This document shows positions 48,705 through 60,053 of a DNA stretch of 64,000 nucleotides, piece by piece. The position numbers and the translations under genes were made by a program. Positions within the stretch are counted from its first letter, which is position 1; the number at the start of each line of letters is the position of its first letter. This DNA is from Marsupella aquatica (Eukaryota > Plantae > Marchantiophyta), in contig OZ316899.1 of NCBI GenBank assembly GCA_973895155.1, positions 7,939,241 through 8,003,240 on the forward strand. The letters run 5' to 3'. The notes beneath the pieces are model-generated. The model saw only the letters and a list, made by a program, of their open reading frames with translations, searched no databases and was not told the DNA's origin.

Positions 48705-51110
48705 CTGGAGGAGGTGCCATAGGTCCCAACATTCCATCCAAGAAGCCAAGCAATGATGGTCCATCCGGGTTTGGGCTATTACCAAACCGATAGTCAAGGA
48801 AGGACTGCACCCGAGCGGGTATGTCATCAAAGTGATGGTGTTGTAAGTCCACCATTCTTGGATCTTGAAGACCTTGTCCGGGAGTCGGAGGAGTGCTTCT
48901 CCAAAGCCGAGGTACTTTCTTCCCTCAAAGAAGAACTCGGCTATCTTGTCATCCCGAAAATACTTGCTCTCAAATGGAAGGTTAAGGTCGTCGAACGCCC
49001 ATTCAAATGTATAAGCCGTTTGTACTGCCTTTTGGCTTTGTACTTGTGTGGGTTGTGCCTGGCGAGCAAGGCTGCAAGGTGGTTGCCAATGCTTAAGAAT
49101 TGAAACCAAAAGCAAATGGCAGAATTGGACATAACCATGACAGACATATGGCAAGGTGTGCAAGATTGCTAAGGGGGAAAAGGAGGAGCTGGGATCAAAG
49201 TTGGCGCAAGGAGTGAACTGGTGATTCATAGGAGGGAAAGAGCTTGCCTTTTTTACCCTTGCGGGGCGTCAACCAATCGGCTCCTCTTGCTCTAATAGGC
49301 CGAGTCCCTCACGCCCAAAGTGTATTGTCCACCCCTCAGGTCCGGGTCAGGGTGTGCTAGAGGGCCGCCTCCAGATCAATTATATGGATCCAAGGTGGAG
49401 GGCCATAATGCGCTCCTAATCCGGCGGTACGTCTGGCGTAGCGCTGCCAGCCCGAGCGTGAATGCTCATTATTTACTAAACTTGTCCTAAACATCATGAC
49501 TAGCTAATTTGTGTCACTATGCTAATAACTATGGATTCCTAAGTCTACTTTGTACATGCTTAGCACGGGTTAAGCCGTATTATTCATTACCAGTCGTGCT
49601 TGCGGTGTCACAGTCTGCAATTGGAAGTGCTTGCCCCCAATTTCTCTCCGGTGCTGAAGTTGTCTCGCATGGTGTGGTTATGGTAAACTCTCTTGCTCTT
49701 CTTCATTCCATTGAGTTCGTTGTTCAATGGGCTGATCTTTTGCTCAATGGGAAAATCACTTGTGGTATTCGCCGTCCAATCATTTTTCTCTATGGCTGAC
49801 TGAAAACCTACTTTGGCCTCGTGGGGGGGTCACTATATGGAGGGCCATACATCACGTGCGACGTTTTAGGGTTTGACCCCCCTAACTTATAAGTGAATTT
49901 TTTTTTGCAAAATCCTTTCTTTCTTTAATTGCCATTTTGTATTAAAAAACCCCTAAAAACTTTAAAGAAAGTATTATTTACCATTAAATAGGCCTATGTG
50001 TTCTTTAAAGTTGATCAGTCAATAAAACATGCCCTATGTGTTCTTCCACCAAACTTTGGAAGTCTTTCTTCACACCCATTTAAATGGGCCTATACTTCAT
50101 CGCACGTGATGTGCCACTTCCGTGGAAGTGACCCCCCCAAGACTTTGGCAGAAGCTTCACGATTCAAAATCGTAGTCTACAAGGGAATTGTGAGCCTTCT
50201 TCTTTGCAAGGTACATGTATTTCCCTCTTCCCGATCATGTGATGGCTGGCTGGCTGGCCGCGAGGTGCTAACAACAGAGTGGAAAGGAAATGCTGCTCCA
50301 ATTTCTTGCCTTCAATTTTTTTTGGGTGCATCTCCTATTGTAGAAGAAAGCTTATTGTCCTCCTTTGAGAGAAATTGAGATGCCACGCTCGCACTGAAGC
50401 TTGCCACCACTCTTTGTACATGGTACAAGGTTTGTTGTTGCTACCTATGGTCCTCCGCTCCGCTGCTTTGTTGCTTCCTTGCTGTGCAACCGTCTCTGCT
50501 GGATTAGGTTTTCAGCGTCAGCCATGTTCTCGACTTCCATGATGCCTGAGCTCCATCATCAAACTCATGGTCTAATCCTCTTTGGTGGTGCTTATGGTGG
50601 AAGCTATATTGGTTTTGGTTAATAAATTTACATTGCCTTTGGCTTATAGTTGTTCTACTGAAATTTCTTTGTCTTGAGAATTTTCTTTGTGTATCTTTAC
50701 TGCTATCATTGTTTACGCTAGTCAAAGTATCAGCTTTTCTTGCAAATTTCCGCTTCAATGCCTGCACTTTGGGATGGCAAATTTGGCTGCGTGGCTGAAT
50801 GGCAATCTCTTATAGATGTCATTGTTTGTTTTGTATTAAAGTGGACAACTTGAGCATACCAATGCCATAGATGTGATCCTTATGCAGTGCAGGGGTTAGC
50901 GGTTTTGTATATAAGTTTGCTTGATTGTCTTTGGTTGAGATCCACTCCATAGTAATTTGAACTCCATAATTTGAACCCCATATTTTGAACGCATATAAAA
51001 TAGTTTGGGGGCAATGTGTTTAATTGATCGCCTTTAATAAAGCCCTGTGCTATTTGGTCCACATAGGGTCTATTGTCTTCATATATTGTAGTAGGATCCT
51101 TGATAAGTTG

Positions 51111-53900
51111 TTAGCCTGTGTTCTTATTAATGTGATCAATTAATCTGCGTAACCAAACACATCCCCGACTTGCGCTCATAGAGAGCAATAATTTCTGCAT
51201 GGTTTGAAGATGTTGCAATAAGTGTTTGTTTGGAACTCTTCCATGAAATTGCAGTTGTACCTTGAAGGAACACGTACCCTGTTTGGGACTTTGCATTGTC
51301 GGGATCAGACAAGTAACCCGCGTCTGCAAAGCCTGTCAGGGTGGTAGCCATGTTCTTGGGGAAGTAGAGTCCCATATCCATAGTGCCCTGCAAGTAACGG
51401 AATATACATTTAATGTTGTTCCAATGTCTGATTGTAAGCTGGGAACTGTGGCGGGCAAGCAGACTAGCCGCAAAGCAAATATTTGGTCGGGTCTGATTTG
51501 CCAAGTACATAAGGGCTCAAATTGCTGAAAGGTAGGGCTTCTCTGGTCCAAGCAGTTGTTTTGTTTCCAATTGCCTCTTGAACATGTCTAAGTTAGTTGG
51601 GTCTAAAGACCTTAGGTCCATTGGTGTGCTCACTGGGTGAGCATTCTACATATTAAACTGTTTGATGATCTTCTTTGTGTAGGTTGGTTGATTGATAAGG
51701 ATCCCACCTGGTAAGTAATCAAATTGTAGTCCCAGGCAGTTGTTTGGTACTCCGAGATCTTTCATTTTGAAAACTCCTTTTAGAGTGGTAATCATCTGTG
51801 CAGTGAGCATTGGGGTTCCAAAAATATTGATGTCATCGACAAAGATGGCCAATATCACAAATTATTTTCCAGTTTGTTTAATGAACAGGCAAGGTGCAAT
51901 ATCATCATTGATGAAGTTCAGAGCAAGCATTTCTGCTTTAAATCATTTATACCAAATGCGACCGCTTTGTTTGAACCCATTAATGGAGCGAAGCACTTGA
52001 ACAACAAATGCCTTTTTAATTTTCTGGGCCTTTGGTGTGTGTAGCACACTCTTGGGTTGTTGGACTGCAGGTCCACCATGTACCTTGCCTGTGCTCAGTG
52101 GGAGCAGGTCTGCCCATTATATTTGTTGTAGGCTTAGGCAGTGTGTGTAGCACACTATAGCTCTTATGCACATAAGGTCCAGCTTTGTTAATATGCTCTT
52201 TTGAGGCCTCTGTAGCAATAATTTTCTTTATACCAGATAGTAGTCTATCTGGAGCCAGATGTTGGACTTTCTCCCCCTGAATATGGAAGGCCATGCGCTT
52301 GATCAGCTCGGGGGTGCTTTCATAAAAATTTATGTGTCCAGAATACCATACAGGTATGCTATAACTATGTCCATAAGATGCATTCATTGCTAATTTATGA
52401 ATTAGGGCAAAGGCAATCATGTATCTATAGGTGATAGCATCCATTATTGGCAAATATGTTAGGTCATATTCACGGTCCGGGATTTGGGTGAAGCCCTTTG
52501 CTACCAGACAGGCTTTATACCATATCACTTCACCTTTTGCGTTACGTTTTCTCATGAATGTAGCTTATATCTTGTGAAGTTTGTATTTGGTGGTATCAAG
52601 ATTATTGGGCCAAAGACTTGTCTCTTAATAAGTGAATCCAATTATGAGTTAATAGCCTCCTCCCATTGGGGCCAATCTTTTATGTTCTGAGCTTCAAGAA
52701 CTGTAAGTGGATCCGGAGTGTCATTTGTAATTTCTTGTGAGATATAAAATGCAAAGTGCTCATTCATTTCCATGTTATCACGGGACCACACTTTTCCCAT
52801 ATGCATATAATGTATTGAGATTTCATCATTTTCTATGTGTGTGAGGAGGTTTGTTGTTGCAAATGTTGGGCTATGAGTTGTTCTTGGTACAGATGGGGGA
52901 TTCCTCTTCTGTCGTGGATGGGTATCCTTGGATCCGGTTGGACGTCCCCTTTTAGTTTGAGGTAATACATCAGTTGCTAGAGTTTTCATCATATTCAGTC
53001 TAGTTGGTACTTTAACTGCCTCTACATATGAACGTGTGACGTTGGCGGCATCATTAAATGCGTAAGGAAGTTTATCCATCATTCGGGTTAAGTGGAGGAT
53101 ACATTGGACCTCCTCATTTGACTGTCTAGTACGGGGGTCATTCTAGAAGGGATTTGGTGTTGTCCAAAGTGAGTGGGTTACATTTGCTGGGTCATTCAAA
53201 TTCATGCTTGAGTGCAATTGTGGAAATCTGTCTTCAAAAAAATGACAATCGTGGAACCTTGCCTTGAAGATGTCCCCAGTTGTAGGTTCTAAGAACCTGA
53301 TAATTGATGGTGAGTCAAATCCTATGTATGTACCTTTCTGCCTCTAGGGGCCCTTTTTGTACACTTAGTGCCAAGGATGGGAACAAGGACTTGACATCCA
53401 AATGTTCTCAGGTGGGAAATGTCAATTCGTAGGCCAAATGCAATATGTTATGGGGATTGTGAGTTGAATGACTGCAGTTGGGAGTTGTGTCTGCATTAAT
53501 AATGGTCTTGCTATCATCTGAAGTTTTTTAATGAGTGATTCCACAATTCCATTTTGGAAATGGATGTAAGGTATTGGATATTGAGTATTGATTCCTGCTG
53601 TTGAATGAGCATAAATCATTGAAGGTTTTTGATGTAAATTCCCCAGCACCATCTACTTTGAGGATTTTAATGGGGTTATTGGGGAATTGTGTTCATAGTT
53701 TAAGGATATTCACTAAGATGCGGGAAAATACTAGATTTCTAGTAGATAATAGCACTTGATATCTGTGACCATTTGGATGAGGAGTCCATGATTGCCAGGA
53801 AGAAGCAAAATGGGCCACTTGGTGGCTCTATTGGGCCATAGATATCAGCGTTTAACTGTTCAAGGAAATTTCGAATGGTATGGACAGTTTTTGAGATTGT
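51111..53900 (-). pseudogene. Ty1/Copia pol remnant (INT-RT-RNase H), Bianca-like
   Basis: QNGIVESLIK (INT), KRGRPTGSKD, YKACLVAKGFTQ and AIFVDDINIFG (RT), GFADAGYLSDPDNAKSQTGYVF (RH); Copia domain order; no LTRs found. Confidence 0.9.
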
Positions 53901-56428
53901 TGGTTGGGTTACAAGCCCTGGGCCCTCAGATTACAAAATAACAAAACATACGTGCAAACTTCCGATGGGTATTAAATATCAAATCTGCAAAATAATATTA
54001 GAACACTGTTCTAAGCAACAAGGTCCTTGTTTATATTTGCAACCAATTAGAAGAGGTGACGGGTTTTTAAAAAGATGTCCCAAAGTTAGTGAAATGAGGG
54101 GCCATGGTAATATCCAATGACACACGTTACTTGTTCACTGGACCACATGTCATCACACCAATGGATTAGGGGTTTCAGGTTTGGGGGGGAAGGGTGGTCG
54201 AAGCGTGTATTCCCCCAAGGTTCCCCCCAGAGCCGTTCAATGTAGGATGCCCTAGATCGGACGGCCAGGATTACTGCAGGTTCCAAGAACGGGGCCGAGT
54301 TGGTCGGGGAGACGGTGCGGGAGGCTGGGATGGGGGCAGGGACAGGAGGGGTCTCTCAAGAGGTCCAAGCTGAGGCCCCACTTTTGGACGTTCTCCCATT
54401 TTTGCCAGTTTCTCTCGCCAGTTTCTTTGCGTTTCTTTGTCGCGTGATTGTTTGCCAGGGTTTGGGTGAAAGCGTTCAACTTTTGGCTTTCTCTTTGTGA
54501 ACGTGTTTGTGCACTGTCTTGGTGCAACCATTCCAATTCCTGTGTCGTCCATTGCATGATTGAGTCTATAAGGGAATGCTACAACTGGATTGCAAGCTAG
54601 GCAAAGTTTGGCGGGGAGCTAGGCGTGGAGCTAAGGCTGCATCGTGGGTGAGGTTGCAGGCTACATTGCAACCTTGGGCGAGGTGGACTCCCGATTCTGC
54701 TGTCACCGATCAAAGCTCAGTGGGATCAACTGATTGAAGGTACTTGTTATAAACGGTCCCAATCCTGGTTCCTACTGTTTGGAATGAGCAAAACTATGGG
54801 CGAGTGATTGCGATGGTGATTATTGTGAGCTGAGGTGCAAGTGCATTTTGCTGTTGCAGCCTCTATTTTTGTTGTTGGCTTTTTGGGGCTTGTCCGAGGT
54901 GTGCTGTCATGCTCCACAACTTCATTTCAGCTTTCTTGCATTTCTCTGTGTTCTTTAGCTGCCTTTGTCCTGGCCTCTTTTGCTTGAATCCCCTTTCTCA
55001 CTTTCTCCCCAACCTTCTCACTTTCTTTTGGGCTTTCTTTGCGAGTTTATGTTGTCTGTAGAGCTTGCGCAATCTTGGGCCAAGGTTTGGGGAAAGTGTT
55101 TGACTTTGTTCTCAACAATCTGGGTGGACTACAAGCTGGGCAGGGAGCTAGGGTGAGTAATTGTTTGAGGCTGGGCTGTGGGCTGTCATTGACCTTGGTG
55201 ACTATCTTGCTAAGACCTGCACTCCCGGCCCCAATCCAGTTGCCCGACAACTTGGCTCCCGGTTGGGCTGTTAGCAATCTAAGCTCAATGGCATCCCGAG
55301 TGGCATCAACTTCATCCAAGGTAAATGTTATGCGTGACTGTTCCAATCCTGGTTCTCACTGCTTCGAATGAAGAATGTACATTGTGTCCAGCATTGAGGG
55401 CTTATGCTCGGGTTTAGGGTTGCGGCAAGTAATCTGTTAGAAGTGAGTTGCCCCTAGTGCCCACTTCTATTGCATTTTCATTGGTACTTGCGGGGGTACT
55501 TTGTGTGTTGATCCCATCCGCTTATCTAGCATTCTTCACTCAACTGTGTATATTATTGTGCAATGCCGACGGGAATGTTGCATTGAATTCTGATTTCTTG
55601 GAGGCCCGCCCGTTGTCCATATTTTTTTGTTCTCATCTGGATGACATTGTTATGATGTCTTTGGTTTGGAAAGATTTAGGGTCACTACCTTGGTCTATCT
55701 CTCCCTTTTGTTGTTTCTTGCCATTCGCAAAGTCTTTAACATCTGCTCTGTGTTTGTAGAACCATTGATATCCCTAGAGCAATAGCTGTGTGTTTCCGTT
55801 ATTGCTTACCCTTGCTGCCAAAAGTTTCAGGCATTTTGCTTCTGTATGTGATTCTTACACCCAAGAAGTGATGGTGAGTTTGCAAGGAAGTTGTGTCATT
55901 TAATTCTTATAGGCATTGGCCCGACGCCCTTCCAGACTTATCCAACGCTTTTTCTTGTAGGATCATACCCGACCAGAGTTACTGCAGCGGTTCAAAGTCA
56001 GCAGAAGGCTGTTCAGCTGGCCCCGGGGTTAGCCCCAAGAAGTGACGGTGAGTTGGGAAGTTGTAATCTATTGTATACTAGTTTGCAGTGTCTCTATTGC
56101 ATTGCTGACATTTCTGAAGGCATCGGATGATTACCCCAAGGGCTTATCCTATGCTTTTTCTTGTAGGATTATATTGGACCACAGTTGCAGCAGCGGCCGA
56201 TAGTTAAGCCAACTACTGTTCAATTGACGGTAAGAAGACTGGCGCAATTACTATGAGTTTTTGCAGAGTCAGATTGCAAGAGGAACCATGTGAATACACG
56301 TTGACTTACTTTTGGGTTCCTTGTTTTTCCTAATTTAAGCACATCCTTGTATTGCAGGGACAAGTAAGGAGTGAAGGAGAGACCGTGCTTGTTGTGAACA
56401 CCAATGGCTACCAGAACAAGGTAATAAC

Positions 56429-56580
56429 CCATCGTTTTTGGTGTACAAGTTTGGGTTGTCTCCTTGGGTGGATTTGTAGGGTTTGGGTCCACCACAGCAG
56501 ATTCCATCCAAGGAGACAACCCAAACTTGTACACCAAAAACGATGGTGTGAATGTTTGGATTCCATCTGCTGTGGTGGAC
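56429..56580. repeat. Two interlocked perfect inverted repeats (39 bp and 16 bp)
   Basis: 56429-56467 pairs with 56508-56546; 56487-56502 pairs with 56565-56580. Confidence 0.9.
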
Positions 56581-56601
56581 ATTGTAGTTTAATTAACAGT
56601 A

Positions 56602-56820
56602 TTGCATGATAGCCATCGTAAAGTATGTTACTATGCAGTGGCTAGAGGTCGTAGGCCAGGCATTTACAAATGTCAACAAGCTGCAATGCAACAAGTCCTA
56701 CATTTCAGTGGGAATAGTCATAGGTCCTTTACGTCGAGAACACAAGCGAAGCAATGGCTATGTCACAGAGCTTGGCTGGGTTGGCATGATTGTGAATGTC
56801 AGACTTCAAATGTATTTTGA
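56602..56820 (+). CDS. RNase H1 N-terminal hybrid-binding (caulimovirus viroplasmin-like) domain fragment
   Basis: YYAVARGRRPGIY....A..QV..FSG..HRSF.S...A.QWL signature; probably an exon or pseudo-exon. Confidence 0.8.
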   Translation: MHDSHRKVCYYAVARGRRPGIYKCQQAAMQQVLHFSGNSHRSFTSRTQAKQWLCHRAWLGWHDCECQTSNVF

Positions 56821-58967
56821 ATTAGGTTGAATTCAAGGTGTGCCCACTTTTACATGTTGTACTGTGGATGGTGCAGTAAACTATATTTGTTGTCTTTTTC
56901 CGGTCAGCACATGGAACTTGGTCTGGAATGTGCCTGCACATAGGTGCTTTCATGAAAGTCCATTGTTGTGAAGTATGTTTTCAACTTAATCTGTTGCAAG
57001 CCTATGAAACTTCCATTGTGTTCAAGGATTCAAGGTCTGAGAAGCATTTCCACCATATTCCTTGGTCAACCGCCTACATTCAGTAAGCAACGACCCAAAC
57101 CTTGCGAGTATGGTGACCACCCGTTCCATGACCATGGCAACGGACACTCTTACCAAACATGTCCGTAGGCTGTATAGGCTAATGGTTCATGATAAAGTTC
57201 TCCCTCGAGGTCTTGGGGTCCTCTGCTACTATCAGGACGTTGCCCCCGTTAGACGTAGCAGTCTGCCTAGGGCACTCCGATGCGTCCCAAGACCTAATCA
57301 TCTTCCCATCTATCTTCTATTTTGTCTGAAGACTGATGGAGTGCTTGACGCATCCAGGGCCTAGCTTAATATATGTATCCATCAATTGGATGCAGAGTGC
57401 AATATGTGTTCCTTAGAACCGGCTCTTGATCAAAATGCAAAGCTTAATCTTGCTCGTTGGATGGCTCATTTTGGTTGTGAGGTTTTTAACACACATCCCT
57501 GGGTGAATCTGTCCATACCTTAAAGTGGCCCCAAGAGGAGATGCGCCAAGCCCTCATAGTGTACCCTTAAAATGGTAGAAGGCTTTTGCGGTTTGCTCCT
57601 ATATATGGAGCTATTTTGTACAAGGAATGCATCAATTTTTATGGCAATGAACCGACAGAGGAAAACTGGTCTGAGTTCCTTTTTGAGGAACTATGATGAT
57701 ATTTCCTCCATTTTGAAGTAATGGAGGAAATACTTCATTTGTTCAACAGAAATTCAAGCCTTGCCAAAACATTGTCGAGTTTGGTATTGTCTGGGGTGTT
57801 GTACTACGGGTTCTATTTGAAGCAAGGCACATCCACCCCACTTCATAGTCCTACTTTTCATCCCGTTCTATCAACAAGGTATGTCATAGCCGAGGTATTC
57901 TATAATGCGAGGAAACAGGAATTTTGTTAGCGAGGGGAGTATTGTTAGCTGAGACACTTGTGGTTTTAAATTTCTTTTGCTTTTTGCTGCTTTTCTATTT
58001 TGTGTGTATTTTATGCTCCAGATGGCTAGCGAGATAGCTAGCAAAAAGATGAGTCCCCAAAATGGATGTTATCAACAAGGTCCTGTTAGCGAGGGAATTG
58101 CATATAGAAAAATTAGGGGTCATGTGAAGAAATTTTGTTCATACGAGGAAAATTTCTACTGTTTCCTCGCACGCCACAATGACCCGTCGTAGCCCAAGTT
58201 ACCTCATCTCAATCTTTGTTGCTTTTCTGGATTTTTTTTACAGTCTAACAACAGAGATTGTGTGTTGCTCAGGTAAGTAGCACAGGGTTGCTTGTCGCAT
58301 GTCCATTCTGCATTTCCTTTAGAGCTCTTGCATGTGTTGCTGTGCAAGAATTGCTCGACTTCAAGGAGACCCCAGGGAAGTGATGCCCTTGGTGGAGACT
58401 GCTGGATTTGGTCCCTTGCAGTCTAGCGCTCCTTGTTGGAGAGGCAGGTTGCCTGGGAGGGGGGGGGGGCTTTGAGTTGGCAGCCAAGTGAAATCCAGTT
58501 TAGAGCCTTGTCATAGGGTTGGGTGGTCCGAGAGACAATTCAAGTTAATGTTGAGTCATCGGCTGAGCGGGTCAGTAAGGAAATTTTGACTTGGCCATAT
58601 GTGTTTGAGTGGAGGGAATTGGAGTGGTGGGCCTGGCCCCGACTGCACATGGTTGAAGCACAAATCCTGCCTATGCAGATCCCAATCCCTCTTGTGCTTA
58701 CGCTGACACTGGAGTCCTTGCCAGCAAAGGGTTCGTCCCTTCCCACCCAAAATTACTCAGAGAAAGCTGCAATGGATCTTTCGAGCCAATGACCAAGAGA
58801 AATGGCCAGGATGGGGCAAGGCCCTCTTGGTATTGGTCCAGTGGAGGTGGTCTCCCAAGAAGTGGACCAAGAGTCACGCCTATTCAATCTCAGTACTAGC
58901 AATTAAACTTTGGTTGTGGAGTAGGGTTTGCCTTGCCTCACATAGTTTTGCCTGTGTTTAACAGGCC

Positions 58968-59717
58968 ATGTTGGAGATTCACATATACCTTTTGGAAATG
59001 GACCCATACTACTGGGAGGATGGGGCCCTTTTAAATCAGCTGAAGAGGCTGGATTCATGTCTTATCTTGCGTATTTTTAAGTTAATTGTGCAGGCATCTG
59101 ACTTGAACAAATATCACTTTTATTTAGATGAGCAGGATGGGATTATTTATATTTGGTGGGACAGATATGTTTGTTGGTGTAATTGCTTGGTTCTCCTTCT
59201 TCTCAAGATTGGCGCAGTGAGGCGTCTGATTCTTCACTGCTGCCATGTGGTAGATGGCAATCCCTTGTATGAATCAAACTTTTATGCTGCCAATAGAAGA
59301 CGAGCATTCAATGAGATCCAAGATATCATCGATCATCTCCCAGATCCTCTTGCCACAAAGTTCCTCATTGACAGTGGTGGGAAACTTCATTCCTATCGGA
59401 CCCATGAACTCCCTCCTCGACCTCTATGTAGGTTCTTCAAGATGATCTATACCACTGGTCTGTGGACAAGTGTGTTAGCAAGTGGGGAGGTGTGCACTTG
59501 CTGTGTTAATGCTTGTTGTGACATTCCGTCACGCAGGTATTCAGTAGAAATAGTACATCCGGCCACTGGAGCAGTGGACTTTCATTGGTTGTGGGCTTAT
59601 GATCATACAGTCACCCATATCCCGCATTGGCCCAAGAAACATATATCACAATTTGATATATCACGATTTGATACTGATACAGAGCCTGAGAATAGTGATG
59701 ATGAGATCTTAGTGTAG
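58968..59717 (+). CDS. Hypothetical protein, 249 aa
   Basis: Uninterrupted ATG-started ORF with Cys cluster (CTCCVNACC) and acidic tail; family not recognised. Confidence 0.45.
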   Translation: MLEIHIYLLEMDPYYWEDGALLNQLKRLDSCLILRIFKLIVQASDLNKYHFYLDEQDGIIYIWWDRYVCWCNCLVLLLLKIGAVRRLILHCCHVVDGNPLYESNFYAANRRRAFNEIQDIIDHLPDPLATKFLIDSGGKLHSYRTHELPPRPLCRFFKMIYTTGLWTSVLASGEVCTCCVNACCDIPSRRYSVEIVHPATGAVDFHWLWAYDHTVTHIPHWPKKHISQFDISRFDTDTEPENSDDEILV

Positions 59718-60053
59718 TAGTGCTCTAGTACGTCAAACAGAATTTTCTTGTACATTTTGAGACAGCACAATTGTGTACATTTTGGGCCTTGAGACTTTCA
59801 TTTCATTTCAGTGGACATCATTTTCATTATACGGTCTCATGTTGTGCCAACTGTATTCATGTGCCATGTTCTATTTTTGTTGGCTTTGTGTATTTTTCCA
59901 TGGGAAGTGATGATAAAATCACTAACTTGGTTTGTGGTTTAGGTTATGAGGTTAAACCCATGTTACAAAACTGTCAACCACAATCCTAGGTTTCCTATGT
60001 CTCCGGATTGAACTTCCTGTGTGAATAGGTGAAGTGATGTTGTCATTGCTAGA

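Larger units (their letters stand above)
36558..49612 (-). mobile_element. E-family unit E2, split by insertions G and F (segments 36558-37517, 44670-45040, 48710-49612)
   Basis: Segments are colinear with E ORF2, ORF1 C-terminus and ORF1 N-terminus/promoter; ends GGTGTCACA at 49612 like E. Confidence 0.75.

Noticed and set aside
54252-55760. Scattered ~100-aa ORFs
   Set aside because: No recognisable motif or consistent frame
57860-58190. Repeated TATCAACAAGG / TGTTAGCGAGGG motifs resembling MITE subterminal repeats
   Set aside because: Could not define TIRs or a TSD
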